A stretch of 64,000 nt of DNA from Felis catus (lineage: Eukaryota): contig NC_058377.1 of the NCBI RefSeq assembly GCF_018350175.1, positions 108,004,001 through 108,068,000 of the forward strand, in the 5' to 3' direction. Position numbers and translations under genes: made by a program. This document shows, one piece after another, positions 19,778 through 36,200 of this stretch. Position 1 is the stretch's first letter, and each line of letters begins with the position of its first letter. The notes under the pieces were generated by a model. That model worked only from the letters and a program-made list of their open reading frames with translations. It made no database searches and was not told the DNA's origin.

Positions 19778-22459
19778 CGCTCGCGCACGAGCACACGAGT
19801 GGAGCCGAAGCAGGCTCCAGGCTGTCAGCACAGAGCCCAACGCTGGGCTTGAACCCACAAGCCACGAGATCATGACCTAAGGTGAAGTCAGACGCTCAAC
19901 CGACTGGGCCACTCAGGCGCCCCGCATCCGACTCTTGATTTTGGCTCCGGTCATGATCTCATGGTTGGTGAGATCAAGCCCTGCTTTGGGCTCCACACTG
20001 TCAGCACAGAGCGTGCTGGAGATTCTTGTGCGTGCGTGCTCTCCCCCTCTCTCTCTCCCCCTTCTCTGCCTCTCCCCCACTTGCATTGTCTCTCATATAA
20101 ACTAAAAAAAAAAGGGGGGATGCCGAACAAAATGGGGGTCACCCTAGACTACTTCCTCCTCATCCCCTACAGCCAAACAGCCGTCCAAATCCTTGCAGTT
20201 TTGATCAGTATATCATCAACCTATCATTCAACCAACAAGAATGAGGGATTACCACGGGGAGGCAGAAGTCCCCGCCCTCAAGACCACACGCAAATATTCT
20301 CAGGTATCTGTAAGGCCTAACGAGAACTACGAAGAGAAACACAACAGCGACAGGGTACAAGTGATCAGGGAAGGCTTCCAGGAGGTGTCCTTTAAGCCGA
20401 GTCCTGTGTGATGGGATGGTCATGTGGTGAGCCGAGGGGCAGAGCATCACTGTGCCCTTCCCTCCCTTCAGGCCCCCACCATGTCACTTCAGTCAAGTCC
20501 TCCTACCTGGCCTCGGGTCCCCAGCAGCAGGCTTTTTCCAACCCGGTCTCCACCCAGACCCAGGAGGGATTTTTCTGAAACACGCCAGCATGCCTCGGGG
20601 ACTACCGGCTCCCCAAAGGCTCCTGCGGTGCCAAGGATGGAGCCCAAGCTCCCGAGTGTGGCTTTCATGCTTCAGGAACTGCTCTGTCTTAGCCTGTTCC
20701 ATCCCCTAACAAGATCGCCAAAGGCACACTAAGCAAGCTGCCCTTCTGCACGCCTCGGGATTTTGTGAATTAAGAGGTCGTGGCAAACACAGCTTCCTGT
20801 GCCCAAACACTACTGTCTTTAAAGACTCAGTTGAAACCTTCCTTCTTCTGTGACACAATCGCAGGGACAGCTAGTCTGGGTTAGGTGCCTTCCTGACCTC
20901 TAGTACTTTTCTTATTGCAGTTCTCAGCACACTAGGCTACTATCGCTTGCTCATCGGTCTTTCTCCCCACTTGACTGGGAGTTCCATGTGCTCCTAAAAG
21001 GCAGCTAGCGTTTTCCATTTACTGCATCCCCAGGCACAGGTTTTCTGTTAACGAAACACCCTTAGTAACTCCTGCTAAACCAGTACAAATGCTGTACGTT
21101 TCTCTTACAACAACCAGTACTCACAAACAGAGCAGACTGGAAAGGAGGAGGAAGAGTTGGGACACAGCTCAGTTCTTCAAGGAAAACAATATAGACTATT
21201 AGAACGCCACAAGACCACAATGTATTAAGTCCAGAAGGAGTGCGCAACACGGGCGATGTATGTAGGTTTCCAAAGGCAACCTGTTTCCAAATACAGATGG
21301 TTCCCAACTTACTGATGGTCGGACTCAAAATTCTTCAACCTTATTACCGCGCAAAACTGATACACATTCAGCAGAGATCACATTTCAAATTTTGATCCTT
21401 TCCCAGGCTAGTGATACGGGGTAAGATACTCTCTCTCAGGCAGTTCCCGATACGCGATCACGGAGGGTAAACAATGGATAGAACGTACAACCATCCCATT
21501 GTTCGCTTTCATACAGAACTCAAGAAATTAAGTGGTATCCAACTCTTTGTTATAAACAGGCTTTGCGTTAGATGGTTTACCCAACGGCGCGCTAACGTAA
21601 GTGTTCTGAGCCCGTTTAAGGCAAGCTTCGCCAAACTATGACGTTCAAAGGATTACGTGTATGAAATGCATTTCTGGCTTAGGATATTTTCAACTTACGA
21701 TAGGTTTATTAGGATGTAACCCCGTCCCAACGGGAGGAAGATCTGTACCTCAAAACAGTTACCTGGGCAGATGGGAGCAGCCAGTATGCCCTGCCCCATT
21801 TCTAGAGTGCTCCCCACTCAACTAAGCAGATGAAAATGAACTCACCCTTGGGCTCCTTCGAGGCGTGTGCACAGATGGGGTCTGTGGAGACAGTAATAAC
21901 CGATCACTTAGCCACCCCCAATTTTGGCTCCCAACCCACAACCCTTCTGTTAGCCCTCACCTTTACGGTATGGGCTACGATCTTCTTCAAAACGATGGGC
22001 TTTCTGACAGGAGCCGCAGGGGATGCCTGGAAAAGAGGAGGGAACATGAACTACACATTACTCCACCGGCCTCCGAGGCAGAAACTGAGGAATCCCGGGC
22101 TCACCTTGGGCCAGATTTCAGGGAGGGTGCTGGGGAGATCAGGGCCTGATTTCCGCTGGGACCTCCGCGGAGACTGAGTAGAAGACGGGGTCCTGGGCCC
22201 TGGGAAGAGAAAAAAGTTAGGAGGTAGGGGAGGACTCTAAACCTCCGAGTCTAGAGAACAAGTTCAGGAGAGGGCGAGAGAAAGTTCCCAAACAAGCCCT
22301 TCGGGGCTTCTTCCCGGGAAGGAGCCTCCTAGAGCGGTGGGGGGAGGGCCTTCCTCACGGGGCTCCGTCCCTCAAACGGCTCGGCCCCAGGCTCCCGCGC
22401 GCCTTCCGCTCACCGGAGCGTTGGGCGGCCCCTCCGGACCGCGTTCGCCTCTCGGACAT
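17772..22459 (-). CDS. CDCA5: Sororin (cell division cycle associated 5), 252 aa
   Basis: Exons 22459-22414, 22199-22105, 22026-21961, 21881-21846, 18472-18038, 17852-17772 total 759 nt. Product has MSERRTRSGG, a KEN box (LEKENN), YSR and FGF motifs, and C-terminal KSELDEWAAAMNAEFEAAEQFDLLVE. Confidence 0.97.
19686..20112. mobile_element. Plus-strand Can-SINE interrupted by an antisense Can-SINE (~19727-19923)
   Basis: The head GGGTGCCTGGGTGGCTCAG...GCACTTGACTCTT resumes as GCATCCGACTCTTGATTTTGGCTC after the inner element. Confidence 0.85.
21294..21745 (-). mobile_element. Tigger5/MER47-like Tc1-mariner DNA transposon
   Basis: TA flanks on both sides, CAGAT...ATCTG termini, and reverse complement GGGGTTACATCCTAATAAACCTATCGTAAGTTGAAAATATC. 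Confidence 0.8.
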
Positions 22460-23010
22460 ATTAGCCTTGGTCTCGATCTCCGCCACGGTCTCCGCCGCCA
22501 GGGCTCGCGCCAACCCGGAGGGCCGACGGAGACAGAAACGTTCGAATTACCCGCCTGGCTGGGAGGAAGCGGAAGTGACGCAAGGGGGGAGGGCCGCCGT
22601 GCTCAGTTTTCACCTCTTCAGCCGTCTTCACGTCTAGCGTCAGCAGGGGCGGGGCCAGTGGCACGCTAGCGTCATCAGAGCGCGCCGCACCCGGAAGAGA
22701 CGTGGCAGCGGAGGGATAATCAGAGCGGTCCGGGGTAGAGAGCGCAGAGCTCGGCTGAGCGCGGTGTCTGTCCTTCCGCGCCTCGGGCCAGCTCTCGCGC
22801 CTGTCGGGACCGGTGCGGCGGTCGTTCGGGAACACGAAGAGCGGGGTCTGTATTGAACGTGGGGGCGGGGCTTGGAGGGGGTGGGGCTCAGGCGGAGCCC
22901 CTTGGGGCGGGGCTGCTGGTATCGGAGAGACGCGGATGGAGGGACGTGGCGGGGGGCGGGATCCAGGAGGAATGGGGGGTCGCTAGAGGCGGGATTTGTT
23001 CAGGGGGCGT
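22330..23010. promoter_or_regulatory. CpG-island bidirectional promoter for CDCA5 and ZFPL1
   Basis: CpG-dense. E2F-like TTGGCGCG (22513-22506); CDE GGCGG, 4-nt spacer, CHR TTCGAA (22555-22541); tandem ETS GGAAGCGGAAGTG (22565-22577); GC boxes. Confidence 0.85.
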
Positions 23011-23109
23011 GGCCAGGGATGTAGCGGGGCAGTGGGCAGGAATTGGGGGTTGGGGCGATAATGAGAGGTGTCTAGAGGAGTTCAGAGTGGAAACCATCTG
23101 GGCTTGTGA

Positions 23110-26732
<3,623 letters not shown>

Positions 26733-26973
26733 GCCCTTGCTTGGAGCTGGGCCAGCCTAGGACCCGGGGGCCTGAGGTGGGGAGGTCTGGGGGCTTTTTT
26801 TCTCCGCTCCTCTCCTTCAAGCTTGAGACACTAAGATCCCAGGCCCAGCCAAGTCCACTAGAGTGGCTGCTGGCTGGGCTTGGGGCCCCTGCAGTTCAAA
26901 CGTTTGTCTTGACCTGCTTACCCTGGGTCTCCAGCCTCCCACCCTCCTCCCCACGAAGGAGATGACAGGTGGA

Positions 26974-26993
26974 AATAAATGACAGACTTTATT
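26974..26993. other. Opposing polyadenylation signals of ZFPL1 (+) and TMEM262 (-)
   Basis: AATAAA at 26974-26979 on + and TTTATT at 26988-26993. Confidence 0.8.
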
Positions 26994-27045
26994 AAAACAC
27001 CGAAGCCTCCTTTTCCTTCCCCCTTCTCGGCCCGGTCCTCTGGCC

Positions 27046-27907
<862 letters not shown>

Positions 27908-28914
27908 TCATCTTGCCCGCGCACCGTGTACGCTTCTGCGTACCTTCTCGCTGAGTCCCCTCGACAGTGCCACAGAGGAGGCAGTGTGGGTACTTGTACA
28001 GAGCCGGGGCTCGGGACGGCGGAAGGGCATGTCTCAGGTCCACAGCAAGTCTTCGGCCAACAAGAGACTAGGCCCCAGAAGGCTGGCTGGAGGGCATTCC
28101 CAGGCGAGGAGGCCTGGGCTGAATTGCGAGCCCCAAGTATCTGCTCCATCCCCTGATGGGGAGGAACGAAGGGAAGGGAAGAGGTGAGAGAGTGCCCATA
28201 ACTGTTCTGGCACCTTCCCCGGGCCTTCCGTAGGTCCAGAGGGCACCCGGCTCTTCTATCCTCTTCTTCAGGGGCCTGATGCTGACCAGCTTGCCCTTCT
28301 CTGCCACCTTCAAGCACGCAGCACTTTCACTCCCATCATCTCTGTCCTTTCCCGGAGTCCCAGGTGAGACTCGTGGCAGAAATCCCGTTTTGTGCACAAG
28401 TTCGAGGTAGAGAGAGGGAGTGCCGGCTCAAGTGCTCACGGCCATGAGTGAAGGAGTCAGTACTGAGACTAAGATCCAGTACTGAGACTAAGTGGGCAGG
28501 GACACTTCCAAGCAAGAAGAAAACATTTCCTCCATACGTGTAAGAGGTGAAAACTCCAGGACTCTCAACCACAGAATCCAGAAAAACGGGCAGAAATGGT
28601 GTAGAGGGACATGAACACTCCCAGGAACTAAAGTAGAAGGACAACACGAACTTGGCCACTCCCATGGCCTCCTTCCTGTCTCTCTGCCCCAGAAGTAAGG
28701 TTCAAGGTCTGGCCAAGACACAAAGTCTCCTGCCACACCATGCTTGCTGCCCAGTGTCCTTAATCACGACCGTCCCTGAGACCCCCGTTCTGACACATCA
28801 CAGGGGTGACACCCAGGGCCCAGCCATGGGCCCACTGCTGAAACAATAGTTTGCATCTCAGTTCTCTGGTGAATACACATGAACTTTTATGCATTAGGGT
28901 TTCTGGCTCCATGT

Positions 28915-31900
28915 CATTAAAAAAAATTTTTTTTAATGTTTATTTTTGAGAGAGAGCACGTACTGGTAGGGGGAGCGGGGGGAGAGGATCTGAAGCAGGC
29001 TTTTCACTGACAGCAGCAAGCCCGATGTGGGGCTTGAACTCATGAACCATGAGATCGTGACCTGGGCCGAAGCCAGCTGCTCAACTGACTGAGCCACCCG
29101 GGCGTCCCTGGCTCAGTGCCATTGAAGGAAGTATCCAAGTAGTGTGTGAACTTGTTCTTGTAAAAGATTGGCATGATGGGTCCCTGGGTGGCTCAGTCAG
29201 TTAAGCGTCTGACTCTTGGTTTCAGCTCAAGTCATGATCTCATGGTTCGTGAGTTTGAGCCCTGCTTCCAGTAAAAACAAACCCCACTTCAGAGGAGCCC
29301 CACTTTCTCTCTCTCTCTCTCCTCTCTGCCCCTCGCTCACTTGCACCCTCTCTCTCTCTCTCAAAAAAAAAAACAAAAAACAAAAAACAGATTTGCATGA
29401 TACACAAGCATACAGAGGAAAAGGCAAGAGCCTTCCACCTCCTACGTACCTAACAGGTAACCCCCTCGATAGTTTGGTGAGTGGGTATCTTTTGGGTCCC
29501 TTCTTCAAAAAAATTTTTTTTCATGTTTATTTATTTTTGAGAGGGAGAAAAGACAGAGTGCGAGTAGCGGAGGGGCAGAGAGAGAGAGACAGCACAGAAT
29601 ACGAAGCAGGCTCCAGGCTCTGAGCTGTCCGCACAGAGCCCGATGCGGGGCTCGAACTCACAAACCGTGAGATCATGACCTGAGCTGAAGTCAGACGCTT
29701 AGCCACCTGAGCCACCCAGGCGCCCCTTTTGGGTCCCTTCTTGATGTAACTACATGTGCATACATGTGCATATACATGCATAATTTAAAAAATATGTAGA
29801 GAATCACAGTATATGTATTGTCAGAGTATAATCTTCAAAATGTTAAAAGTCCGATGCTAGATCTGGAATGAACACGTAACCAAGCTGTATTAACCCATCA
29901 GTGAGGGGTTCCCCGTCAGTAAGGTGGTAATACGTCTTGGGGAGCTGGATTTTTTTTTTATTTTCTTTTTTTTAACGTTTATTTATTTTTAAGACAGAGA
30001 CAGAGCATGAATGGGGGAGGGACAGAGAGAGGGAGACACAGAATCTGAAACAGGCTCCAGGCTCTGAGCTGTCAGCACAGAGCCCAACGCGGGGCCTGAA
30101 CTCACGGACCGCGAGATCATGACCTGAGCCGAAGTCGGCCACTTAACCGACTGAGCTACCCAGGCGTCCCGGGGAGCTGGATATTGATAGGCATTTAAAG
30201 AGGAGTGTCAGAGTATGATTCTAGGTTAGACACAAAACTGGTTCATGTCCTATAGGGCGATAAGAAATACAACTTTGGAAGTTATTTTTTCTACTGGATA
30301 TAAATGTTTTGTGTCTGCACAACATCTACTTGTAATGTCTGCATCTGAACACTTAGTGGTAAATTGCAAAATCAAATGTTCATCCCTATGGGGATTTAAA
30401 TAGTCCTTGGATAGCTATGGCACTGGGAGGACATGTTGCATTTTGGGTCTTATTTCCAAATTTTGGGTCATTTTTCTCACCAGTGTTCTGCAACCTATTT
30501 TTTTTTTTTAAGTTTATAGACTTCTTGGAGTAGATCTAAATCTTTATACTCTTTTCTTCATTTTCTTAAGATTATAGCTTCATAGGCCGACACTGTATTT
30601 TTTAAAATATTTTTTACATGTTTATTTATTTTTGAGAGAGAGAGGGAAGGAGAGCGGGGGAGGAACAGAGAGAGAGGGAGACACAGAATCCGAAGCAGGC
30701 TCCAGGCTCTGAGCTCAGCACAGAGCCCCACGCGGGGCTCGAACTCACAGACCACGAGATCATGACCTGAGCCAAAGTGAGACGCTTAACCGACTGAGCC
30801 ACCCAGGTGCCCCCGACACTCACTGTGTTTTTTTAAACAGCCTCTGAACATCCTTCTGAATATAGATTTCAGGGGTCAGCAAACCTCCTTGAAAGGACCA
30901 GATGGTAAACGTTTTAGGTTTTGCCAGCCATATAGCCTCTGATGCAACTACTCAACTCTGCTGTTGTCGTGCAAAAGTGGGCATAAATAAAATGTATACA
31001 ACTGGTCATGGCTGGTGTTGAAATAAAACTACAGACACTAGATGGGGCACCTGGGTGGCTCAGTTGGTTGAGTGACATCAGCTCAGGTCACCATCTTCCG
31101 GTTGGTGAGTTTGAGCCCCACCCACATCAGGCTCTCTGCTCTTGGCCTGTCAGTGCAGAGCCCACTTCGGATCCTCTGTCCCCCTCCCTTGCCCTCCCCT
31201 GCTTGTGCTCTCCCCCAAATAAGTAGATATTTTAAAAAACTATAGACACTGGAATATTTCACATAACTTCGTTAGTTTCAAGCGTACAACACGATGATTC
31301 GCTATTTGTGTATATATATTTTTTTTTAATTTTTTTTTTTTAGCATTTATTTATTTTTGAGACAGAGAGAGACAGAGCATGAATGGGGGAGGGTCAGAGA
31401 GAGAGAGGGAGACACAGAATCGGAAACAGGCTCCAGGCTCTGAGCAGTCAGCACAGAGCCCGACGCGGGGCTCGAACTCACATACTGCGAGATCGTGACC
31501 TGAGCCGAAGTCGGACGCTTAACCGACTGAGCCACCCAGGCGCCCCCTTTGTGTATATTTTCAAACGGATCACAGTTAAGTCTAGTTAACACCCATCACA
31601 TAGCGACACGTTTTTTATGAACTTAAATAATTTTCATGTATCATCAAACATCAGTCTTAATTTTTTTTTAAATTTTTTTTTCAACTTTTATTTATTTTTG
31701 GGACAGAGAGAGAGAGAGCATGAACGGGGGAGGGGCAGAGAGAGAGGGAGACACAGAATCGGAAGCAGGCTCCAGGCTCTGAGCCATCAGCCCAGAGCCT
31801 GACGCGGGGCTCGAACTCACAGACCGCGAGATCGTGACCTGGCTGAAGTCGGACGCTTAACCGACTGCGCCACCCAGGCGCCCCCAGTCTTAATTTTTTA

Positions 31901-32337
31901 AAACCAACGAAAACAAAAAACAACACTCTGAGCTCGCCGGCCATAGGAAAACACATGGTAGGATGCGTTGGGCCCGCAAGACCCCTGCAAGGTGAGTTCC
32001 CTTCCAACACTTCCGCTGCCCTCTCCTCCCCGCTGCGAGCCCACCACAGCCCATCATAAGCAATGTTCCAAGGACCACGACGTGAAGTCGTTTTCTCCGT
32101 TAAAGCTCATCGTTGGGGCGCCTGGGTGGCGCAGTCGGTTAAGCGTCCGACTTCAGCCAGGTCACGATCTCACGGTCCGTGAGTTCGAGCCCCGCGTCGG
32201 GCTCTGGGCTGATGGCTCAGAGCCTGGAGCCTGTTTCGTGTTTCCGATTCTGTGTCTCCCTCTCTCTCTGCCCCTCGCCCGTTCATGCTCTGTCTCTCTC
32301 TGTCCCAAAAATAAATAAACGTTGAAAAAAAAAAAAG
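28915..32337. mobile_element. Cluster of nine Can-SINEs
   Basis: Approximate copies: 28920-29108(-), 29177-29390(+), 29506-29726(-, TSD TTTGGGTCCCTTCTT), 29952-30170(-, TSD GGGGAGCTGGAT), 30600-30815(-), 31043-31240(+), 31320-31547(-), 31660-31885(-, TSD CAGTCTTAATTTTTT), 32114-32337(+, TSD AAAGCTCATCGT). Confidence 0.9.
30870..31032 (+). mobile_element. MER58-like hAT-Charlie element
   Basis: CAGGGGTCAGCAAAC...GGTAAACGTTTTAGG...CAACTACTCAACTCTGCTGTTGT. Confidence 0.75.
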
Positions 32338-32439
32338 CTCATCGTGATCTCAGTTTGAACTTCAAGTCATTACCTGTCCTCTTGTGCGGGCATTTAATAC
32401 TCGCAACCCCACTGTGAAGTCTGTCCCCCAAGTTTAGGA

Positions 32440-33200
32440 ATGGGGGAAACGGAGCCGCCGCCGCCCAGGTAAGGAGCCAGTGCCAGGACGTCCGGCACAC
32501 GCTCTCTGGCTCCGCGGCGGGAGCTCCGTCCCCATATTCCGGGGGTCCTTGCTCGCAAGGGTGCGCGGGGTGGGGAGCCAGGACCCGCCTTCCATCCGGG
32601 AGGGAAGCAACCGGACCAGTTCCACTCACTCCTTCCCTCCACCCGAGAAGCTGGGGGGAGCCCCGGCTTCTCCCGGAACCTCTTCGCTCGGGGAGGAAAG
32701 GTGCGGGGGAACTCTAGTCTCGAAGGACCCAGGGCTGCGGGGGGACGTTTCACCTGCAGGACTGCCTCGTTTCAACAAGAACTTTATGGCTCCCGGAAGT
32801 GCCTCCTCCCGGTCCTCTTCCCAGCCTCACGCCCGTGGGCTGCAGTTGGAGCGATGGCGGCGGCAGCCGCTGGGCCTGGCCCGGGGTCTGGACCCGGGGA
32901 CTCTCCGGAGGGGCCCGAGGCAGAGGCTCCGGAGCGCCGGCGGAAGGCGCACGGGATGCTAAAGCTTTACTATGGCCTCTCGGAGGGGGAGGCGGCGGGG
33001 CGCCCCGCGGGGTCGGACCCCCTGGACCCGACGGATCTCAACGGGGCGCACTTCGACCCGGAAGTGTATCTGGACAAGGTGTGTGTTTGTGTGGTGGGGG
33101 GAAACCAGGCTCCCGATACATTGCACCCCCAGATCGTGCCTTCGACTTTGTTGCGGGGGGAGGGAAGCAGGGGTTCATAAAAAGACGACGACGGTCGGGC
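32440..33200 (+). promoter_or_regulatory. VPS51 CpG-island promoter
   Basis: CpG-rich, with ETS site CCGGAAGTG at ~32793-32801 just upstream of the ATG. Confidence 0.75.
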
Positions 33201-36200
33201 AGGAAGCAGGGGCAGAGCTGGGAGTCTAGGGGGGCATGGGCAGATCTGGACTGGCCTCAAGTGATGCGGAGTCGGAGGTGTCCTGGGCTGACGTTCTGAC
33301 GGGCCCCGGGTAGGGGGCGTGGCCCAGGCGCTGACAGGCATAAGGACTGGGCCTTGGCCGGGTCTGAGCGTTTGAAACGCTGACAAATCCCAAACAGGAC
33401 CGAACCTAGTAACTCCCGACCCGTGCCACTTATAGGCTCTATGTCTAGGATTCCGGACAGGGGTGGGATGCGGGTTTTCGTGCTCTGAAAGCCTGAGGGA
33501 CCTGAGTACCCCCTGACCTGAACACTAACAACCCCATTTACTCCAGCTGCGTAGAGAGTGCCCCCTGGCCCAGCTGATGGACAGTGAAACAGACATGGTG
33601 CGGCAGATCCGGGCTCTAGACAGCGACATGCAGACCCTGGTCTATGAGAACTACAACAAGTTCATCTCAGCCACAGGTGATTCGCACCGGCACCTTACCC
33701 TTCGCAGTCCCGCTGACCTGTTCCTCCTGTGTTGGGGAAACCGGCAGGGGATTCCGGGGGAGAAGACCCAGATTCTAGTCCTTCCCTGACCTTAATCTAC
33801 GCTCACCTCCCGCTCAGAACCTTTGTGGTCAAACGACTATAGGCTTAATAGCTGCTCTCAGAGGATCGTTCTGAGGGTCAAAGGAGAGAAAACTCAAAGA
33901 CATTTTTAAACTGAAATGGATTTATCTTAACCACTCAGAATCCGTGACACTAAGGATGTCTCAGTAAGGATTAGTTTCTGTCATTAGTGGTAGCTTTCTT
34001 CTCTTGTCCAGGTCCTTCTTGAGGGGGGGCTTGTCTCTGTCTCTGTCTCTCCCTCCCTCCTTTCCTCCCTTCCTCTCTCCACCTCCCCCCCCCCCTTTTA
34101 AATGAAGCAAAGAGAATATTTATGACATTAAGGGACACAAAGTTCATGTAAAGGTTTTCTTTTCTTTTCTTTTCTTTTCTTTTCTTTTCTTTTCTTTTCT
34201 TTTCTTTTCTTTTCTTTTCTTTTCTTTTCTTTTTTTTCCCCTCTTGCCCCCTTTATTCTCTGTCCAGGACAGTGCCACACAATGTTTAGCTATCATCCAC
34301 ACTAACTTCTGTCTTATGTTGGTGAGATGCACTACTCAGAGTTTTGTGATCATTTTGGACCCATGTGTACTTAGTCCTAGAGGCAGATCCTGAGGAGTCT
34401 ACCTGTGGTCCATGAGGATGTTGCATGAACCTCTGTGAGGTTCACTGTGACATCGCTTACTGTACTAAGTGTCACAATGCCAGGTGCAGTAACACATAGT
34501 TATTGTTCTTTTATCTGATTGGAAGCAGGTTCAATGATTAGGCACCTCTGTGTTTGCTAATACCAATGTCAACGAGCAAGAAATCATAATTCCTGTGCTA
34601 AGAAATTTCTCACAGGAACTTTGCAAACATTACATTTTCCATTTCTTAGAATTTGTATAGTTTTGACATTTAGCTCTTGCGTAAATAAGGATGGTTTGCT
34701 GTCTTATCTTTTTCCTACGAAGGGGAGAGAGCTATAAACTGAGCGTTGGAATCAGGGGTCCTAAATCTATAAATACTGTAAAGTTTTGTATCCATTCAAG
34801 AAGTTTTCATTGAATGCCCCTTCCTTCCTGCCTTCTTTGCTTCCTGGCTGGCTTTTTTTTTTTTTTTTTTTTTTTTTTTGCCAAGAGCTGTTCTGCATAT
34901 TGGAGATACAGCAATGAACCAGCTAGATCAAGCTCCTTCCTGGAGCCCACATTCTAGTTGGGGAGACAGACAATAAGTGAATGTACAAATAAAGGTGTAG
35001 TAAGTACTAGAAGAAGGACATCGAGTGGGGAGAAAAGAGTAATATATCTTGGGGTCTGCCTTTAGCTAGGGTAAGTATGAGAAGGCCTCTTGGAGGTGGT
35101 GACATTTGAGCAGGGCTTTGATGAGAAAGAACCAGCTACTGTGGGGGAGGAAACAGCGGGGGCAAAGGCTCTGAAGAGAGGGGCATGTTGGGTATATTCA
35201 GAGTGCAGCAGGGAGTTTAGGGGGAGGCAAGGGAGAAGAGTGGTAGGTGACTGGGGTAGATAGTTAGTGGGAACCAGATTTTAGGGACTTATAAGTGGTT
35301 ATGGGGATCCTGCACTTTACTCTGAGTGAGATGAAATGACAAGAATGGGGTGACCTGACCGTGGTTTTAAAAGGACGCTCACTGTCCAGTGAATGAACTC
35401 TAGGGAGGCAGGGGTGGCAGAGACATGCATTAGGAGGCTACTGGAGTGGTCCAGGCAAGATGCTGGTGGCAGGGACCAGGAAGCATGTCAGCAGTGGAAA
35501 AGTAGAATGATTCAAGATTTTTTTTTTTTTTTTTAATTGATTAGGTGAAGGGTCTGGAGTTCAGAGAAGTCTGGACCTCGAGGTCCCCTGGAATAAGATG
35601 AGATCTCCTAGGGAGGAAGTATACAGAGAGAAGAGAAGAGGTCTAAGGACTGAGCCCTGCAGCAGCCTGACGTTCGGAAAGTCACGAAGAGAAGGGAGAT
35701 CTCACAAAGGAAGCAAGCATTTGGGGAGGTTTGAGGACAGTCAGGAGCACGGGTGTCTTCGAAGCCAAATGAAGAAAGCATTCCAGGAAATAGAATTGAT
35801 CAGCATGGGCTAAACGTTAGTGTGGGGAGTGCTTATCCGTGGTGCAAGAGCCAGGGAGAACCGCAGGAGCCAAGCCCTCAGGGAAGGGAGAGGGGACGAG
35901 AGCAGGCCAACTACTGTAGAAGGGGAAGCAGAGTGTGGGCGGAGCCAGTCAGGTGGTCAGACACGGTAGAGTGTAACTTCCTAGAGCGTATTAAGGAATT
36001 TTGCCTTTATCCCTCCTAAGCGCTAAGCCACACAAAGGTGATTAGATACAGGAGTCATGTGGCAGATTTGTGTTTTGAGAAGATCCCTCCAGCTGCACTG
36101 GGAGGAATGGGTTGGAGAGGTGGCTGGAGAGAGGTCTTTTCACTAGTCCAAGCCAGAGATTTGGGGAGTTTACCCCAGGATGGGAGTGGTGGAGAAGGAC

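Noticed and set aside
28915-32337. Many ORFs of the type [16 protein letters not shown], and tRNA-like A/B boxes
   Set aside because: These are translations and internal promoters of tRNA-derived Can-SINEs, not proteins or tRNA genes.
32786-32962. Upstream out-of-frame ATG overlapping the VPS51 start
   Set aside because: It lies upstream of the ETS site and probably outside the transcript; cannot be supported without TSS data.
34144-34332. Lys/Arg-rich KKRKE repeat ORF
   Set aside because: Translation of the (TTTTC)n microsatellite.
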